The notes: generated by a model from the letters alone, not told the origin. A DNA stretch of 63,303 bases, filler included, from Hyphochytrium catenoides (GCA_900088475.1; 9 parts of 9 records of this genome joined end to end with filler, not necessarily neighbours in it); one strand, 5' to 3'; positions 25,132-38,547 are shown, counted from the first letter of the whole stretch. Numbers and translations are program-made.

Positions 25132-27626
25132 AAGAGTCAATCAGCCCCAAGGATGAATATCTCGAGCAGTATGAATGGCTCATTGCTACCGCTGGAGACT
25201 GTTCTTTGCTCTTCCTTTCTTCCTTCCTCTTGGTGCCTCTCCTTCGTTTGCCCTTCTCGGCATCTTGCTTTCCTTTCAAGTTTCCTCCACCATCCGACAT
25301 AAGGGTTGTCTCTTGATCTTTATAGCTGCACAAGGACATAACTTGACGGCTAAAATTTTCCATAGCCAAGTGATGGTGAACCTATTTTTTCTCCTCCTCC
25401 TTCCACCTCAGCAGATCATCACGCATCCTTGGTGCAGCCGCCCCAGCTGCCATTGCATCCCTCCAGGGCCTTTGCTGAGAAAGTGCTGTCTCACTGTCTC
25501 CAGGGGTAGGTGTAAAGACAGAGACGGATGGGGTATGGAAAATGTATCCTCGTACTACTGAGCCAGGTAGGGCGGACAGCACAAACTACAAGTTGCTTGT
25601 AAGCAACAGAGGGACTCCAAAGCATACAAGGGCGAAAGAGTTGAGGACGATAGAAGAAAGAGGAGCGAGGACCTAGGAACTTATTGCAGACAACAACTGC
25701 TGGCAAAGGAAAGGAGATGCAAATTTTTTTGCATCGAGGCGGATGAACGAACTCTACAGAGAAGAGGGTGGTGAGACCAGAGATTGGGAGAGAATTGTAC
25801 CATCACCATTGTGACCGTAGGTTAAACGCGCACTGAAGAGTGTAGCTCGGTGGAACGGGGAGAGGACGCCATTCAGATCTTCCTGACCCTAGTTAGTGCA
25901 TCTGTGTTGGTCACTCGCAGCTACAAGGGGAGGGTAGGGCAGCCGCGCTAGAAGCAGAGCGATGATTGCGAGATGACAAAAGAGTGAGAAGAACTGAATG
26001 GAGAGAGAAAGAGAGAGGGAGTGGGGCAGACTGGACAGAGAAAGATACAGCAGCCAGAGAGACAGAGAGAGAACAAGCACTTCCAATGCGGCTGCTGTCT
26101 GCTTTGATGGAGTTGCTGCACACCCGCCAACTGCATTCGTATGATTCGAATCGCCTGTCTTTATGTCTCTGCAAACAAAGCACTTCCTTCTGAATCTCTA
26201 ACATGTGGCCCTCCTCTATTGCCGTATCATCACCTCTATGTTATGTATCCTCTTCCTGTGATGTTGAGGAACAACATGGGGCTTTATGCAACAATAAGTG
26301 AAGCAGGGGTTAAGCTGCGTGACAAAGAGTTCTACACTGTCATCGTTCTTTTGGTGCACTGTGCTTTCACCCCGCTTTGTGCTCTCACTCCCATGTTTTA
26401 CCAAGATACAGACAAAGACGCTTCTCTTGCTCTAAATACTGGAAAGCCCCTTGTTGAGTGTGTGGTGGTTTATTCATGTGCTTCTCTCTGCACGCGTCAG
26501 TGTACCCTGAGCCACATATCTGCTGCCGCACGCTCCTCATGCTTGTGGTCTCCCTCCCCTATCTCTTTGGTCTGCAGCTTTGACATCGTCGAGGCTCACC
26601 GCCCCCTTCCACGGTAAAAAGCTTCTTGTACCAGATACCACCCGATCCGAGCCCTAGCTTGTGGGTGAGACTCTTTTATAAAGCGCGTCGACGACAGATG
26701 GGTCGTAGAAACAAGCATGTCCTCTTTGAGGCACCAACTTGCAATCGTGCAGTCAATGTGCTGACTGTCCAAGTCTAGGATGTGTTATATTTTTATAATA
26801 TCACAACCATGGCGATGGGATGATAGACGATGCAACTCCCTAGGTGATACTTAGTTTCTGGTGTCGTCGACCTATCGAGCTCCCCGCCTGGCCTGAAAGT
26901 TAAAATCTCACACGCATAGAGACGGGTTAGAGGAATGCAATCCCTGGATGATACTTACTCTCAAGTTCTCGTTGAGCTAACCGAGCTCTGGCATGATAGC
27001 TTGTCTATTTACATGGGAAACCCGGCAGTCCGAGTAAGAAGTCGAGGCTGGAATAACAGAAACAGTCTTGACAAGAAGGGAAAGAAGGACATTAAACAGG
27101 TACACGGAGAGCTGTGAACTCCCGCTCCAGTAAGAGGTTTGCTCCTGAGAATAACAAGAATAAAGCCAATTGAGCTCGTTGTCGAGTCTAGCCAAGTAGA
27201 GCTAACCCAGTCTGGTAGAATTTTTGGTTGCGATCCTGGCCAGGCCAATCATGTCATGACTGGGAATGCAGAAAGAAAAACTGTGTCCCTCTTCCTCAAT
27301 TCACTCTACCCACAAGTTCCAAGCGTCTTTCCTTGTCTCTTTGGCAACATGTGGTGCTAATGTACGGTTGCCAACACCAGGATCCACCAAGGTATGGTCA
27401 AGTAAGATTGCCAGTATTGGGGAAAATAGATACATAGAAGAGGGTCACCGAGAGACAGACAAAAAAAATACAGGCATAGAGAGAAAGGCCAAGAAGGTAG
27501 CGGGAGAGACCGAGGTGTGGAGCAAGTACAAGGTAGGGAACGATCCAAATGATGAAATAGAGTAACGGTGATCTACTTTCATAGTCTCATTACTTCATAC
27601 ATAACCTCATCTCTCTAACTGGTGGC

Positions 27627-30600
27627 TCACTCCCCAGTCTCAACGTGTTGAATGAAAGAGGCGAGAACCCTCATGCCGTCAGCCATCTCTTTGAAAGAAC
27701 AATACTCATTGTCTGCGTGATACGTCGCCATGAACCCAAAGCCAATTAGCTGCACATCAAAGCCGTTTCGTTGTAGGTCTCGGACCAGCGGGAGGCTGAG
27801 CAAAGGCAAATGTGAGCGAACGAAGGATAATAAACTTCATACACAAGTGGTGGGATAAAAACTATATGCGAGCGACAGTAGGCAACGGTACCTAAATAGG
27901 TGACTAGCTTCTAACGTAGAGCACAAAGAGGACGGGTCTGATTGAATAATGAAAACGTCGATAAGTTGTCCATCTAGTTTACCTTCCGCTAATGGAGTAT
28001 GGACTGCAGGTCTCCTTAACCCCTGACACAGCTTTTAGTAGTGCCCTAGTACATAGAAAAATCGATGTAAATATCCAGCATTCTCTTGAAGGGAAGTCAA
28101 TGAGCAGCAAGAAGTATTAGGTCATGACATTCCTCGATCAGGATCAAGTTTGGTAGAACTGTGGGGAAGAGGACAATGAGCTCCTGTCTACCTATGTCCC
28201 AAAGAGTCCAGAGTACAAGCAATCCCTTCCATCACTCCGGAGCCAAAGGTAATCTCCAACTTCCCAGCACGGATGGCTCCATCGGGTAAGGTGTACCGAG
28301 AGGCTGGACCGCGGTGGTTGGGCTTTTCCAGGACTGAAATATCTCTGTTTAGGTCGTCCACGTAGCTACGAATCTTGGCCATGCACTAAAGGAGTATTGG
28401 CATAAGTAAGGGCAGACCGAGATGATCCAGAAACGGTAGATGGCGGACTAAAGAGATCACTAGAAGGAGTCATCTGCGGCACAAGAGCCGTAACCTAGAG
28501 CAGAGATTGCTACGTGATAGTTCTGTACAGACTGTCAACAAGACCAGACTTCTATACCCTACGCTTGGGATTGCAAAAGGCATTTGAAAGACCCCAAGAA
28601 GTTACCAGAGATGATGCAAGAGAGCGTACTTGCCTCGTCTGCGGTATAGAAGGGAATCAGCCTGATATCTCCAGAGACAGTGGCCCACGCAGGGATCTGG
28701 TTCACGCTATTTTTCGAAATATCAATCTACACAACAGAGACCTTTTAACTCGTTGTTCGTGAACAATCTTTGGCACCACGGAAGAAGAGAGATTGCTTTC
28801 GCAGCCAACGAAGATGGTAGCCACTGAGACACCAACAAAGTGCATCTTCAACCAACCTGTGTGGGTTTCATAGTAGACGAGCAAGCATAGTTGTATGGAC
28901 CCTCATCAGGGTGGGGTCCGAAGTCATTGTAGAACCTGTGGTCAAGTAAAGCGAAGGTTAGAAAAAGGACAGAATAAAGGAGAAACTTGAGCAAATAGAT
29001 ATTTAGAGTTCAAAGGCTTACGGCCCAAATAGATACTCGAAGTTCCAGAGGCTAATGACTGAGTCAAAGTAGGGACATCTAACCTTCTCTGTATCTCAGC
29101 TGTTGCATCCATCGCAAGCTCGAGGGCATTAATACCCTTCATGATAATAGAGGAATAAGCATCTTAGCTGTGATGCCGGACATCAAACCCTTCTCCTATG
29201 CTTACCTTGTGTGGCAAACCACTACGGATGGCGCGACGGGACAATGAAAATTAGGCCGGTGTATCCACGAAGGAGGCAGTGCAAGTAGCGGTGGCACAAA
29301 GAGAAACAAGGGTTGCCACGAAGGAGGCATATGCACATGAGTGGGACAAGTGGACTTTAGTACCATTTTGATGACACCATTTGCCCCATCCCGTGACTGA
29401 CCGCTAATCAGGCCAGAGGGACGACATCCTACCTGTGAAAGAGCTTTCCAGTTGCCTTCAGCTTCCATACAATAGAACCAGCTGAAGCGGAAAAGAAGCT
29501 GTCAAAAGCAGCGCAAACTACCTTACACCATAAACACTAGGCTGGCAATGAAGAAGGAGGAGACATATTTATGCAACCTGATGCTCCTGCTTTTCCTTAT
29601 CGACAATACTACTAGGTGACCTTCCTTCTTCGAAGCACCTTTTCTTACCTGTGCCAATGCAAGGTTGGCTATCCGCACAATCTACCCAAAGAATGGGCCC
29701 ATTTTTTATATTGTCAATCTTTCCCGTTGCCATTAGCGCATCGACGCCTATGCCCTCCACATATCCATCCTCTTCATTGGCTATAAGTACGCCCACTACT
29801 GTGCGCTGCAACTGAGGCTTCTTCCGAGCTAGTTCCACGAAGAGTTCTACAATGCAACCAGGAACCTTCATAAGTTGAGAGAAAATGTAGGCAAAAGCGC
29901 TAAGCGGCAGGCTGTCACAAAGAGACAGTGAAGGAGAGTGTCCAACCGACAGCCATCTGAGTACCGCCCAGAACGAAGACCTTGCCATGAGATATTGGCC
30001 AACTCATAGAGTTGTGGTAGGTGGTCGATCGGAGCCAACCAATCGTGGTGGACCATGGCTAGCCCTTGAGAGCTCAAAGCTAGTGTTTCATACCTGTGAC
30101 GAGAGCCACATGGCCTAAACAATCTGTAGTGCCTCTGCCGTAAAGTTTGTCTCCCTGGGTGATCATAGCCAATTAGAGAGCACCGGAGGTAAGTTGAGAG
30201 TATGTGATGTCTGAGGGGACTCATGAAGTTGCCAGCTAGCGGTAACGAAGACGTTTGTTACCTCCACTTCTAGTTGAAAGGGGTCTCTCTCCCAGCCCTC
30301 AGGGTTAGCGGGCACCACGTCCATATGACAGCCCACAATGGCCACAGTTTTGTCAGTCATTCCAGGGTAGGTGATGATCACATTCCCTCTACCCTCCGCA
30401 AAGCTCACTCTCTCTACACGGAGGGGTCCGCCATTTTTCTCCTATACGAGAGTAGGAAGAAACAAGCAGGCGGAGGTAGGAGGAAGGTCAGGAGGACAGA
30501 CAGTAGAGCAATAAAGGTGGGATGACGAAAGGGGTGATCAACGTAGCAGCGACACCACATCGCAGGAAGAGACAGAACAAGGTTCAGACAAAGTTTACCG

Positions 30601-30966
30601 TATAGGGTTCTAAAGTTTCCAACACAAAGTCCGAAGCATTATCCTCTCGAGCGAAGTATCCCTGGACACCGGAATTCTGCAATGTCTCCTATAGGAAAAA
30701 ACTAAACGTGACTCTCATATATCAGAGATTGTAAGAAAGCCTGGTAACGCATACACAGAAAGAAGGTAGCAGAGATCAAAAATAAATGCTAGACCCGAGG
30801 ACGGCGAATCGGCCCTACTAGAAAAAAACGCACGGAGACATCGCCAGACCAATATATACAGCGAAGAGCGCGGAAACAGTCGTACCGCCACGCCAACCAG
30901 CTTGCCCAGCAGGTCAATGAACCTCTCTCTGTCCAGACGGAATCCAGACAACATTTCAGCCGCCAT
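27627..30966 (-). CDS. argE: Acetylornithine deacetylase (M20 family, plant/stramenopile NAOD type), 13 exons
   Basis: The spliced product contains GRGNVII, GCHMDVVPANP, LYGRGTTDCLGHVA, ANEED, GKLFHSGLPHKGINALEL, STMKPTQ, GDIRLIPFY, SLPLVRDLQ and ATYHADNEY. All junctions are phase-compatible. Confidence 0.92.
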
Positions 30967-32915
30967 CCTACTACTCACTGCCAAACGATTCTTTTCTGAG
31001 TAGCGATGGACTCGGGAGGGCCGGGAACGGCCGCAGGTATGAACAAGAAAGGCTAGTGAAAGACCCCTACAAGCAGAAGGCTGATAATGGCGACGCGAAT
31101 GACGCTAGAGGTCCTGCGTGGCTCTTGGTATAGGCGGAAGAGCTGGCAGAAGAAGCAGATCAAGCTTCAAAGATGTGAAGATGTAGGGCCGGAGGAGGTG
31201 AGACAGCGCACGCAAGGGAATAGGCACAAAGGAGGCGGCACAGCAGCAGACGAGTGATGGGATTAGGCCCCTTCGAGGTGATGATGGCTGGAGGAAGCTA
31301 GCAGAGCAAGCATGTTAGAGAGACAGAGTGTGTAGAGATGCTGGTCAGGGCTAAATAGATAGATAAATCCATAAGATTTACCCGTCCACGTGGACAGAAG
31401 AACAGAGATAGGAGAGGAAGACTACGAAGAGAAGGGGAAAAGAGCAATCATTTTCTTCCCTCTATTTGCTCCTCCTTTTTGATGATCTAACAGATCCCTC
31501 ATACAGACATCAAAGCTCGTTGAATCCCATTATAAGAAGTATAATCATTCGGAATCAGTATGATTAGGTGTAGACTGTCGACCCCCAGGAACATTGTTGA
31601 ACAAATGTCTATCCTCATTGGGAGAGCTGGACTCTTCTTTTCATGAAAATATTGATGATGATTGACTAATAATAGAAGTTATCCTTTATATTTAATGTTT
31701 GCAGTTGATTCTGCTTGTTGTTGGGTCATCATGGAAAGAAGCAAGCACTTACCACTTTATCCCTCACATTTCGTCGCTAAGGGGTCCTGCAGTAGTAGTT
31801 GACTGATGAGCCCACTATGTCAGTCAAATAATGATTTAGTTCTTTATACATTCATCAGGATGGATGATGATGCTGCGGAGGATTTTAAATACAGGATGAG
31901 GAGGAGGAAGAAGAAGAGTAGAAGGGGCTAGCTGCCTGAGAAGGAACTCGCTGCCTGCTGGTTCGTTGTGGGTTGCAGCTTACTAGCTCGACATCACGGG
32001 AAGGACCTGCAACTAATTATCAAAGCGTTGTCTCCGTTACAAAGGTAGTATGTCCGCAACGATATTATACCAAAGCGCCGAGTCCGGCGGACGATATGTT
32101 TCCTCCTCCTCCTGTCGCAACCAAATCCCCATCATCATAATCATCCTCTCTCTAAACAAAACTACCAATCTGTGTTACCTTCTTACACTAGATCGATCGC
32201 GGGCCTGAGCTACGAGAGCAATAACACAAGCTTTATTCAATTATGATGCTACCTTCTCCTTGCACCCACCGACGACGGCTTTTTTATTTTACGCACGTTG
32301 TTGTTAGCCGCTGCTGCTGACGGGCTCCTCTTTCATTCTCAACAAACTACCATCATTCTTTAATGTAATGGGTCAGAGATGATCCTCTTGCTTACTTCTT
32401 CTTGTTGTTAGCAACAACAACAATGCTCCAGCAGTGGCAGCAGCCTCTCTTCGTCATTAGACGAAGGAAGGCGAAGAAGAAAATTATAGCAGCAGCAGAA
32501 TGATTAGTATGATGAGCTCGTGTACCGTAGTACCTTGTTCGTTGGCGTTATATTATTATTACCATCAGTCTTCAGCTACGCCATCAAGCATGATGAGGAG
32601 GACCATCATTAGGGTTGGGAGGACTAGTAGGGTCCCTTTCTTCATAACCTGTAGTATATATCTCGTGGTGGTGGTTGACCGCAATAATAATACATCAACA
32701 ACAACCCTTCCTATCGTCGTCTTCACTGCGTAGCTGTTGAACTGTGATGAGTGCCCGCTGTTGCTGCTAAAGAAGATAAGCCTCACAAAATTCTCTTCTC
32801 TCTTTCAACAAGCAGCAGCCTTGTTGTTTCTTTCTGCTGACGAGTACCTGTAGTAGGAACTACGTAGTACTGGCACTACAAGTACTTCTTGCTGCTGCTT
32901 GTTCAATCTTCAAAG

Positions 32916-34178
32916 TGTAAAAGGGATTGTACAAGTACAGTAGAGTGGCCTAGACCTCCCCCTGGAGCCATGGAGTGACTGAGGTCCTGGAGTGGCTTGG
33001 GGCAGCGCGCTAAAGATCAATATCATCATTCTTCTGGCATTTCCCGAGCTCCCCTCTCGCCTTGCTAGGACCTTACATGGTGCATTCACCGGATGCGAAG
33101 AATCTGAAGAAAACCTACTACGAAGAACGCGATTATTAGCAACTATGACTGCGAACAAACGTAGTACACGAAGCATTCCTACCACACAACCTTCAATGCC
33201 ATCGCCGCTGCCCACCCCTACTGCAGAAGAAGAACCAGAACGAAGCAGTCGCAGCTCCGATGAGCGAAGGCTCAGAGTCTTCAAACGAGTCAAACCACCG
33301 ACCTCTCCAAAGGGATATGCCTGAAGAGACGGAAGAGAGCCCTCTACAACCACAAGACGTAGATCAGAGAGAGCTCCCACCAATATGACACTTGAGCAGC
33401 ATCTAACAAGACAGCAACAAAAAGCTTGCTGAGATGCTAAAGCTGATCAAAGCACAGGATGAAAAACTCGCTGAGAGTGTCTGGGTCTATGTGACCTTGG
33501 AGCTTGCTAATCAGCTCGTTTCGTTTGTCGTGGTCTGATGCGTCTGCATGTGTGTTATTCATGGCGTCCATGAACTGTTGGACGTACAATATAAAGCTGA
33601 CTTCCTTGTGTGGGTCGTCAGGCTTGACAGAGTACGCGGGCAGTAGGTGGCTCTTCACCTTTGTAGGGTTCGAGTTCCCTAATGTGTTAGGGGACCGCTC
33701 TATTATGGCGGTTAGAAGTCTGTTTTGGACTTCTAGGCTATGCAGCCTTGTTGCTTGGTCTAGGAGTTTTTCATCCTGTGCTTTGATGATCAGCTTTAGC
33801 ATCTCAGCAAGCTTTTTGTTGCTGTCTTGTGAGTGCTGCTCAAGTGTCATGTTGGTGGGAGCTCTCTCTGATCTACGTCTTGTGGTTGTAGAGGGCTCTC
33901 TTCCGTCTCTTCAAGCATATCCCTTTGGAGAGGTTGGTGGTTTGATTCATTTGAAGACTCTGAGTCTTCGCTCATCGGAGCTGCNNNNNNNNNNNNNNNN
34001 NNNNNNNNNNNNNNNNNNNNNNTGCACCATGTAAGGTCCTAGCAAGGCGAGAGGGGAGCTCGGGAAATGCCAGAAGAATGATGATATTGATCCTTAGCGC
34101 GCCGCCCCAAGCCACTCGATGAACTCAGTCACTCCATGGCTCCAGGGGGAGGTCTAGGCTACTCTACTGTACTTGTAC
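32916..34178. mobile_element. Two truncated LTR-retrotransposon 5' ends (LTR-PBS-gag) in inverted, convergent orientation
   Basis: Arms 32929-33469 and 33764-34178 are reverse complements with scattered differences. A putative LTR TGTAA...TTACA (32916-33077) is directly followed by TGGTGCATTCACCGG (tRNA-Gly-like PBS). A gag-like ORF lies at 33850-33470 (-). Superfamily is not determinable. Confidence 0.7.
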
Positions 34179-34226
34179 TTTTGCCCTTGGCCTTTAGGTC
34201 AAGGGTCTGAAAACAGGAATGTGCGA

Positions 34227-34326
34227 NNNNNNNNNNNNNNNNNNNNNNNNNNNNNNNNNNNNNNNNNNNNTTAATTAATTAANNNNNNNNNNNNNNNNNN
34301 NNNNNNNNNNNNNNNNNNNNNNNNNN
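34227..34326. other. Artificial contig spacer
   Basis: 44 N + TTAATTAATTAA + 44 N. Confidence 0.97.
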
Positions 34327-34396
<70 letters not shown>

Positions 34397-34990
34397 CAGG
34401 GAAAGAAGAAAAGAGAGAGAGAGAGAGAGATTGAGAGAGATTGAGAGAGAAAGAGACAGAGAGAGATTGAGAGACAGACCATCGAACCTTTGCCCATCAC
34501 CCCATACACCCATCGCAACTTTAGATGACCTATTTTTCCTAGGCCCCCTTGTGCCTTTTTCACTTATCGCAGAGGGCGTCGGTAGTGTCGAAACAGTGAT
34601 TATATAAATATCGGACAAACCGAAACGACTTTCATGATGGGTGTACAGGTACGAGTTGTAGTGCCTGAGAGAGATCTTCTTTCCGTTCCATCAAGCGCAG
34701 AGCGCTATTTCCTGACAGCTTCGAGGATTTTAGGATATAATGCTTCTGAGGGACGTTTGTACGCGCTAACGGGCTCTTTAGGGCCTGCCCTAGCAATAAT
34801 TCCATGGACAAAGCTCGCTTGACTTGTCGGGAAGGGGGATAACTGTTGGCCAGTCTGTGTCATTGCCGCAGGCAGAGCAACTAAGCTAATTGACCGATCT
34901 TGTGCTAAACAATAACCATCAAAGAAAGAAAAACAGGCTTGGTGTAGTAGGGCGGCACAAAGACTTAGATAAAGCATGTTTAGCGTAGTC

Positions 34991-35459
34991 TCAACAACAG
35001 TAGATAAAGAGCTTCAGACGATCCCGTAGTGAGCTTCCCTCAAATCCCCTCATGGCACTCAAGAGTCCAAGGTTGAGCGCTGCTATTTGCAGAATAGGTT
35101 CAGGTTGTGCTAATGCGAAGCTTGCAGTCAAGCCTACGCTCTCACACCAAACCATACGTGCGCTATTCTGAAAGCGCATAAGACCCTGACGAAAGATTTT
35201 CCTCTCCTCGGAGTTCCAGTGATCAGAAATATTGAGGAAGGTATGGCCAGCTTCCTTTGCTTCGTTAATCTTGCTGACCAATTGTCGACATTCCTCGGCT
35301 TCCTTGATCTCCCTGTTCCTTAGCTGGGACTCTCTCCTCAGCCACCCGGAATTTGAGGAAAGTAAGGTTTGCAGAACATTCTCCAAGGCACGATTCCTGA
35401 TTGGCAAGTCTCTAATCGCACTGCGACATTTAGGGCAGTCCAGAGATTGACGCATCCAC
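34991..35459 (-). CDS. RING-finger protein, C-terminal fragment (5' truncated)
   Basis: W....DCPKCR followed by PIRNRALENVL is the end of a RING domain plus the usual post-RING helix. Confidence 0.7.
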
Positions 35460-35559
35460 NNNNNNNNNNNNNNNNNNNNNNNNNNNNNNNNNNNNNNNNN
35501 NNNTTAATTAATTAANNNNNNNNNNNNNNNNNNNNNNNNNNNNNNNNNNNNNNNNNNNN
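35460..35559. other. Artificial contig spacer
   Basis: 44 N + TTAATTAATTAA + 44 N. Confidence 0.97.
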
Positions 35560-36743
35560 CGACATCCTTCGAGCCCACAGTCAAGGCGATTCACGTTCGC
35601 GGCAAGGGCACGGGAAAGATGAAGGCTGCGGATATCAACGACATCCTCATCCAACAAATGCAGCGTAGGGATGCCATGGGCGAGGCGAAACGTGGTGCGC
35701 CCTCAGCGGCATACACCGTACAGAAGCACGACAAGGCATCACGCACTCCGTGCCAACATTGCAGACGCAAGACTCATAGGTCAGAAGACTGCTGGGAGTT
35801 AGAGGCGAATGCACATCGCCGTCCAAGCAAATGGAGATCCGTCAACAAGGAGGGACGAGACGTAGAGAAGTTTACCTCCTCTATCATTGCCCTTGTGCAC
35901 ACTCTTGATGCTGATGACAGGGCTAAACTAATTACTGAGTAGTACACTCCAGGATTCCAACTATGGAACTGTCTCACCGTCCACTACTATTCTCAACTGC
36001 TCACGAACGCAACAATGAATTATCGATAGTGGCGCGTCTGATCACGTCACTGGTGAAAAGAGCTGGTTCCGCGAGTATCAAGATATCGCACCAGTCACGC
36101 TCTATACTGCGGACAAACGGCCTTTGTGTGCTGTCGGTAAAGGCCGGATCGATCTCCGGCTACAAAGTGGGAACGTCTTAGCACTTACTGAGGTACTTTA
36201 TGTTCCCGGCTTCCCTAAACATTTGCTCTCGATCTCTCAAGAACTCAAGAAGGGTGGTCATATCCTTTTTCAAGACGAAGGAAAAGTCTACTATCTTGCT
36301 CCGGAGGACCAACAGGATTGGTGGAAGTACTCCAGCGACCCGCCTTTTACACACATCGGTACACAGATTGGCAACCTCTTCTATGCCACTGGCACTACCA
36401 TAGAGCCTGTGCACCAGAAAGACGACAACTCCTCCTTAAGCACCACTTCCACCGATCAACCCACAAAGGGAGTCTCCCAGAAGTCCATGACTCTGTGGCA
36501 CCGACGCTTAGGACATGTTAACGTATCGGATGTCCGTCTACTGGCTAAGTCCGCCAAGGGCATTCGACTCTCAAGCAACTCTCAAATGGACTTCTGTCAT
36601 GTGCGATCGGAAAACTTACCAGACAGCGGTTCCCGAAGAAGGGCCAGTGGACAAACTACTCAACCACTGGAGCTTGTAGACACCAACGTTGGGGTGGTCA
36701 ACGTGCCCAGCTTGGAAGGTTATCGCTACTATGTTGTGTTTGT
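35560..36743 (+). mobile_element. Degenerate Ty1/Copia retrotransposon fragment (gag zinc knuckle, protease, GAG-pre-integrase, start of integrase)
   Basis: CQHCRRKTHRSEDC (CX2CX4HX4C); (W>TGA)IIDSGASDHVT; VLYVPGFPKHLLSISQ; LWHRRLGHVN; PLELVDTNV...GYRYYVVF. Integrase directly after protease is the Copia order. Contains a stop and frameshifts. Confidence 0.92.
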
Positions 36744-36843
36744 NNNNNNNNNNNNNNNNNNNNNNNNNNNNNNNNNNNNNNNNNNNNTTAATTAATTAAN
36801 NNNNNNNNNNNNNNNNNNNNNNNNNNNNNNNNNNNNNNNNNNN
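36744..36843. other. Artificial contig spacer
   Basis: 44 N + TTAATTAATTAA + 44 N. Confidence 0.97.
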
Positions 36844-37283
36844 GAGAGAGAGAGAGAAGAGAGGAAGAGAAGGGAAACAAAGCTGGACCAACAGCAAGCG
36901 AGACAGGGAATATTTTTATTTAACAATAGCCCACGATAGATCTAAACTATACTGGTATGCCCAATCTAACAGAAAATGTCCCTTGTTTAGAGTCTTATGC
37001 CTAGCCTAGCAGTCAAATACTCCGTATATATTGTCTGTAGTCGTGTCTTCCGCGCAGTGGCCGAATATTAAATCACAGGTAGTCGACGTCACAGAAAATA
37101 ACATTGCTGGCGGTTAGCCGCCATTTTGACCGTTTCACACCAAGGAAAGACTTCTGTCTCCCTTCCCCCTCTCTCTCTCTCCCCCTCTCTCTCTTTTTCG
37201 CTCTCCCTTCTTCCCTCTTTCCCTATCTCTTCTTCTGTGTCTCTCTCTCACACGCACGCCGCTACTCTCTCGCTCTCTCTCCA

Positions 37284-37317
<34 letters not shown>

Positions 37318-38154
37318 TGTGCTTCCCTCCCTCTCTTTTGATTCCTCTCTCTCGTTCTTCTGTTGTTCATCTTGGTCTCTTCTTCAACTCTCTCTCTATA
37401 TCTCTCTCTCTCTCTCTCTCTCTTCCATTCTCCCTCAGCCCTAAAAAAAAAGGGGGCTCTTCTCTCTCTCGTGATCTTCCCTGGTGTCGTTCCTTCTTTC
37501 TCTCCGGCGTCAATCCTTCTTTCTCTATCTTGCCTACCTGTCGGTTTTTGCTCTTTTTCTCTGTACCTGTGGGACATCTTGGCTCCCATCTTTCCAATCG
37601 TTTCTTTCTTCTTTCCCATGATAACACGTACTCTAACTTTTTTTCAGAAACGCTTTACTCTTGTCCTTTGTCCACGCTCTCTTTTCTCTCTCTCTTTCTC
37701 TCTCTCTGTCTCTGTCTCTCTCTCTCTACACTGTGCTCTTCTCTTCTCTCCGTCCTCTCTGGCTGTTCACTGACAATGAGTTAATAACTCCCTCTCTCCC
37801 CGGCGGCGCTCTCGAAGATCCATTTGGTTTTGGCCGGTCTTCACTCGGAATTTTTCTCTCGCCCCCCGTTTAGCTCTCTCTCCCCATCAGCTCTTCTCTT
37901 CGTCGTTCTTCTCTCGCTCATCCTCTACGTCTTTGTCTTTCTCTCTCTTAAATCCACTGTTCCCAGGTTATGCCGTTCTTTCTTATAGCTCATGATGGTC
38001 TCGCCCTCTCTTTCTCTATGTTAGGTCTCTTTTTCTCCCTTTTTGCCCTCTCTCCCGCTCTTCCCGTCCTCACCATCTCATCCTCTATTCTTCACTGCGA
38101 AGATTAGAGTTTCTCTTAAACCCTTCCTGGGTCCATCTCTTTCCTGTCTCCTCG

Positions 38155-38194
<40 letters not shown>

Positions 38195-38195
38195 G

Positions 38196-38230
<35 letters not shown>

Positions 38231-38547
38231 CCTCTCCCCGTCATTCCTCCGTCGGAATTGACTGGTTGTACTTCGTGGTCCTTTTCTGTCTGCGCTCCCT
38301 CTTTTGCCTCCTCGTTACGTTCACTTCCTCTCTCTTTTCTTTCTCCTCTCTGTCTTTCTCTCTCTCTCCTTTAAAAGCTGCTTCCGGTGATACAGTCTCC
38401 CTTTAAAGGCAGAGAGAGGAACTGTACCGAGGGAGGACGAGGCTCTGGAAACAGAGGAGAGAGAAGAGAACGCTGCGTTGGAAACAAAGAAGAAAGAGGG
38501 AAGAGAACTCCCAGAAGAGACACAGAGGATAGGAAAAGGAGAGGAGG

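Noticed and set aside
25140-26660. Exon-like pieces on the - strand, including an in-frame TAG between two ORFs
   Set aside because: No consistent gene model or recognisable domain could be built.
33660-33685. GGGTTCGAGTTCCC resembling a tRNA T-arm
   Set aside because: No cloverleaf is evident, and it lies inside the gag-like ORF.
36016-36018. TGA at the conserved Trp of the Copia protease as evidence of a variant genetic code
   Set aside because: Intact genes use TGG for Trp and TGA as stop (argE, second RGS gene), and the element has other lesions.
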